From positions 1 through 55,122 of the forward strand of contig JABHSK010000005.1 in the NCBI GenBank assembly GCA_018669975.1: DNA of 55,122 nucleotides, written 5' to 3'. The notes below the pieces were generated by a model. The model saw nothing but the letters and a program-made list of their open reading frames with translations, was not told where the DNA came from and did not search any database. Below, piece by piece: positions 54,278 through 55,122 of this stretch. The first letter of the stretch is position 1; each line of letters starts with the position of its first letter. Made by a program: the position numbers and the translations under genes. Source of the DNA: Candidatus Parcubacteria bacterium. Its GTDB lineage: Bacteria; Patescibacteriota; Patescibacteriia; UBA1558; GWA2-36-10.

Positions 54278-55122
<845 letters not shown>

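Overview
This is a gene-dense, AT-rich bacterial chromosome segment that uses the standard genetic code (TGA, TAA and TAG all act as stops). My hand counts on 90-nt samples of ordinary genes give about 35-39% GC. Tiny or overlapping intergenic gaps, many genes with no Shine-Dalgarno sequence, type IV pilin-like genes and salvage-type functions suggest a reduced Patescibacteria/CPR-like genome; this is an inference I could not check by search.

The core content, from left to right:
- A minus-strand cluster of five tRNAs (Leu, Ala, fMet, a CAT-anticodon tRNA, and a partial Asn).
- acyP, an MscS-type channel and xth.
- parA-parB.
- rel, topA and a folC-yhhQ-dprA operon.
- Two tandem CheY-like receivers plus a PAS histidine kinase.
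- ileS, recO, a large membrane-anchored protein of unknown function, and tgt.
- A ClpB/C-like AAA+ protein.
- glyQS, an M16 peptidase, an AI-2E permease, rsmI and a NUDIX hydrolase.
- metG, cvpA and tatD, followed by a deaminase/HD/PRTase/rmuC block.
- An F1Fo ATP synthase operon, atpZ/I-B-E-F-H-A-G-D, with atpD cut by the window end.

The most interesting region is 26.6-31.8 kb. tgt carries a 41-bp perfect direct repeat that brackets about 2.7 kb. This interval contains a GC-richer surrogate tgt 3' end and a string of small cassette-like ORFs with a recurring junction motif. The displaced, AT-rich original tgt tail follows it. Next come two tandem pilin-like genes with Cys-rich C-terminal repeats.

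Other accessory or odd items:
- A membrane-anchored Clp ATPase with a DnaJ-type zinc finger and a degenerate D1 module.
- A stand-alone D2-only Clp ATPase.
- Several GC-rich single-gene inserts, some preceded by Shine-Dalgarno-like sequences and most bounded by strong hairpin terminators: malic enzyme, a secreted orphan, a small-protein/mini-MerR pair and a 66-codon ORF.
- A collapsed GNAT relic.

I saw no CRISPR array, rRNA, transposase or integrase.
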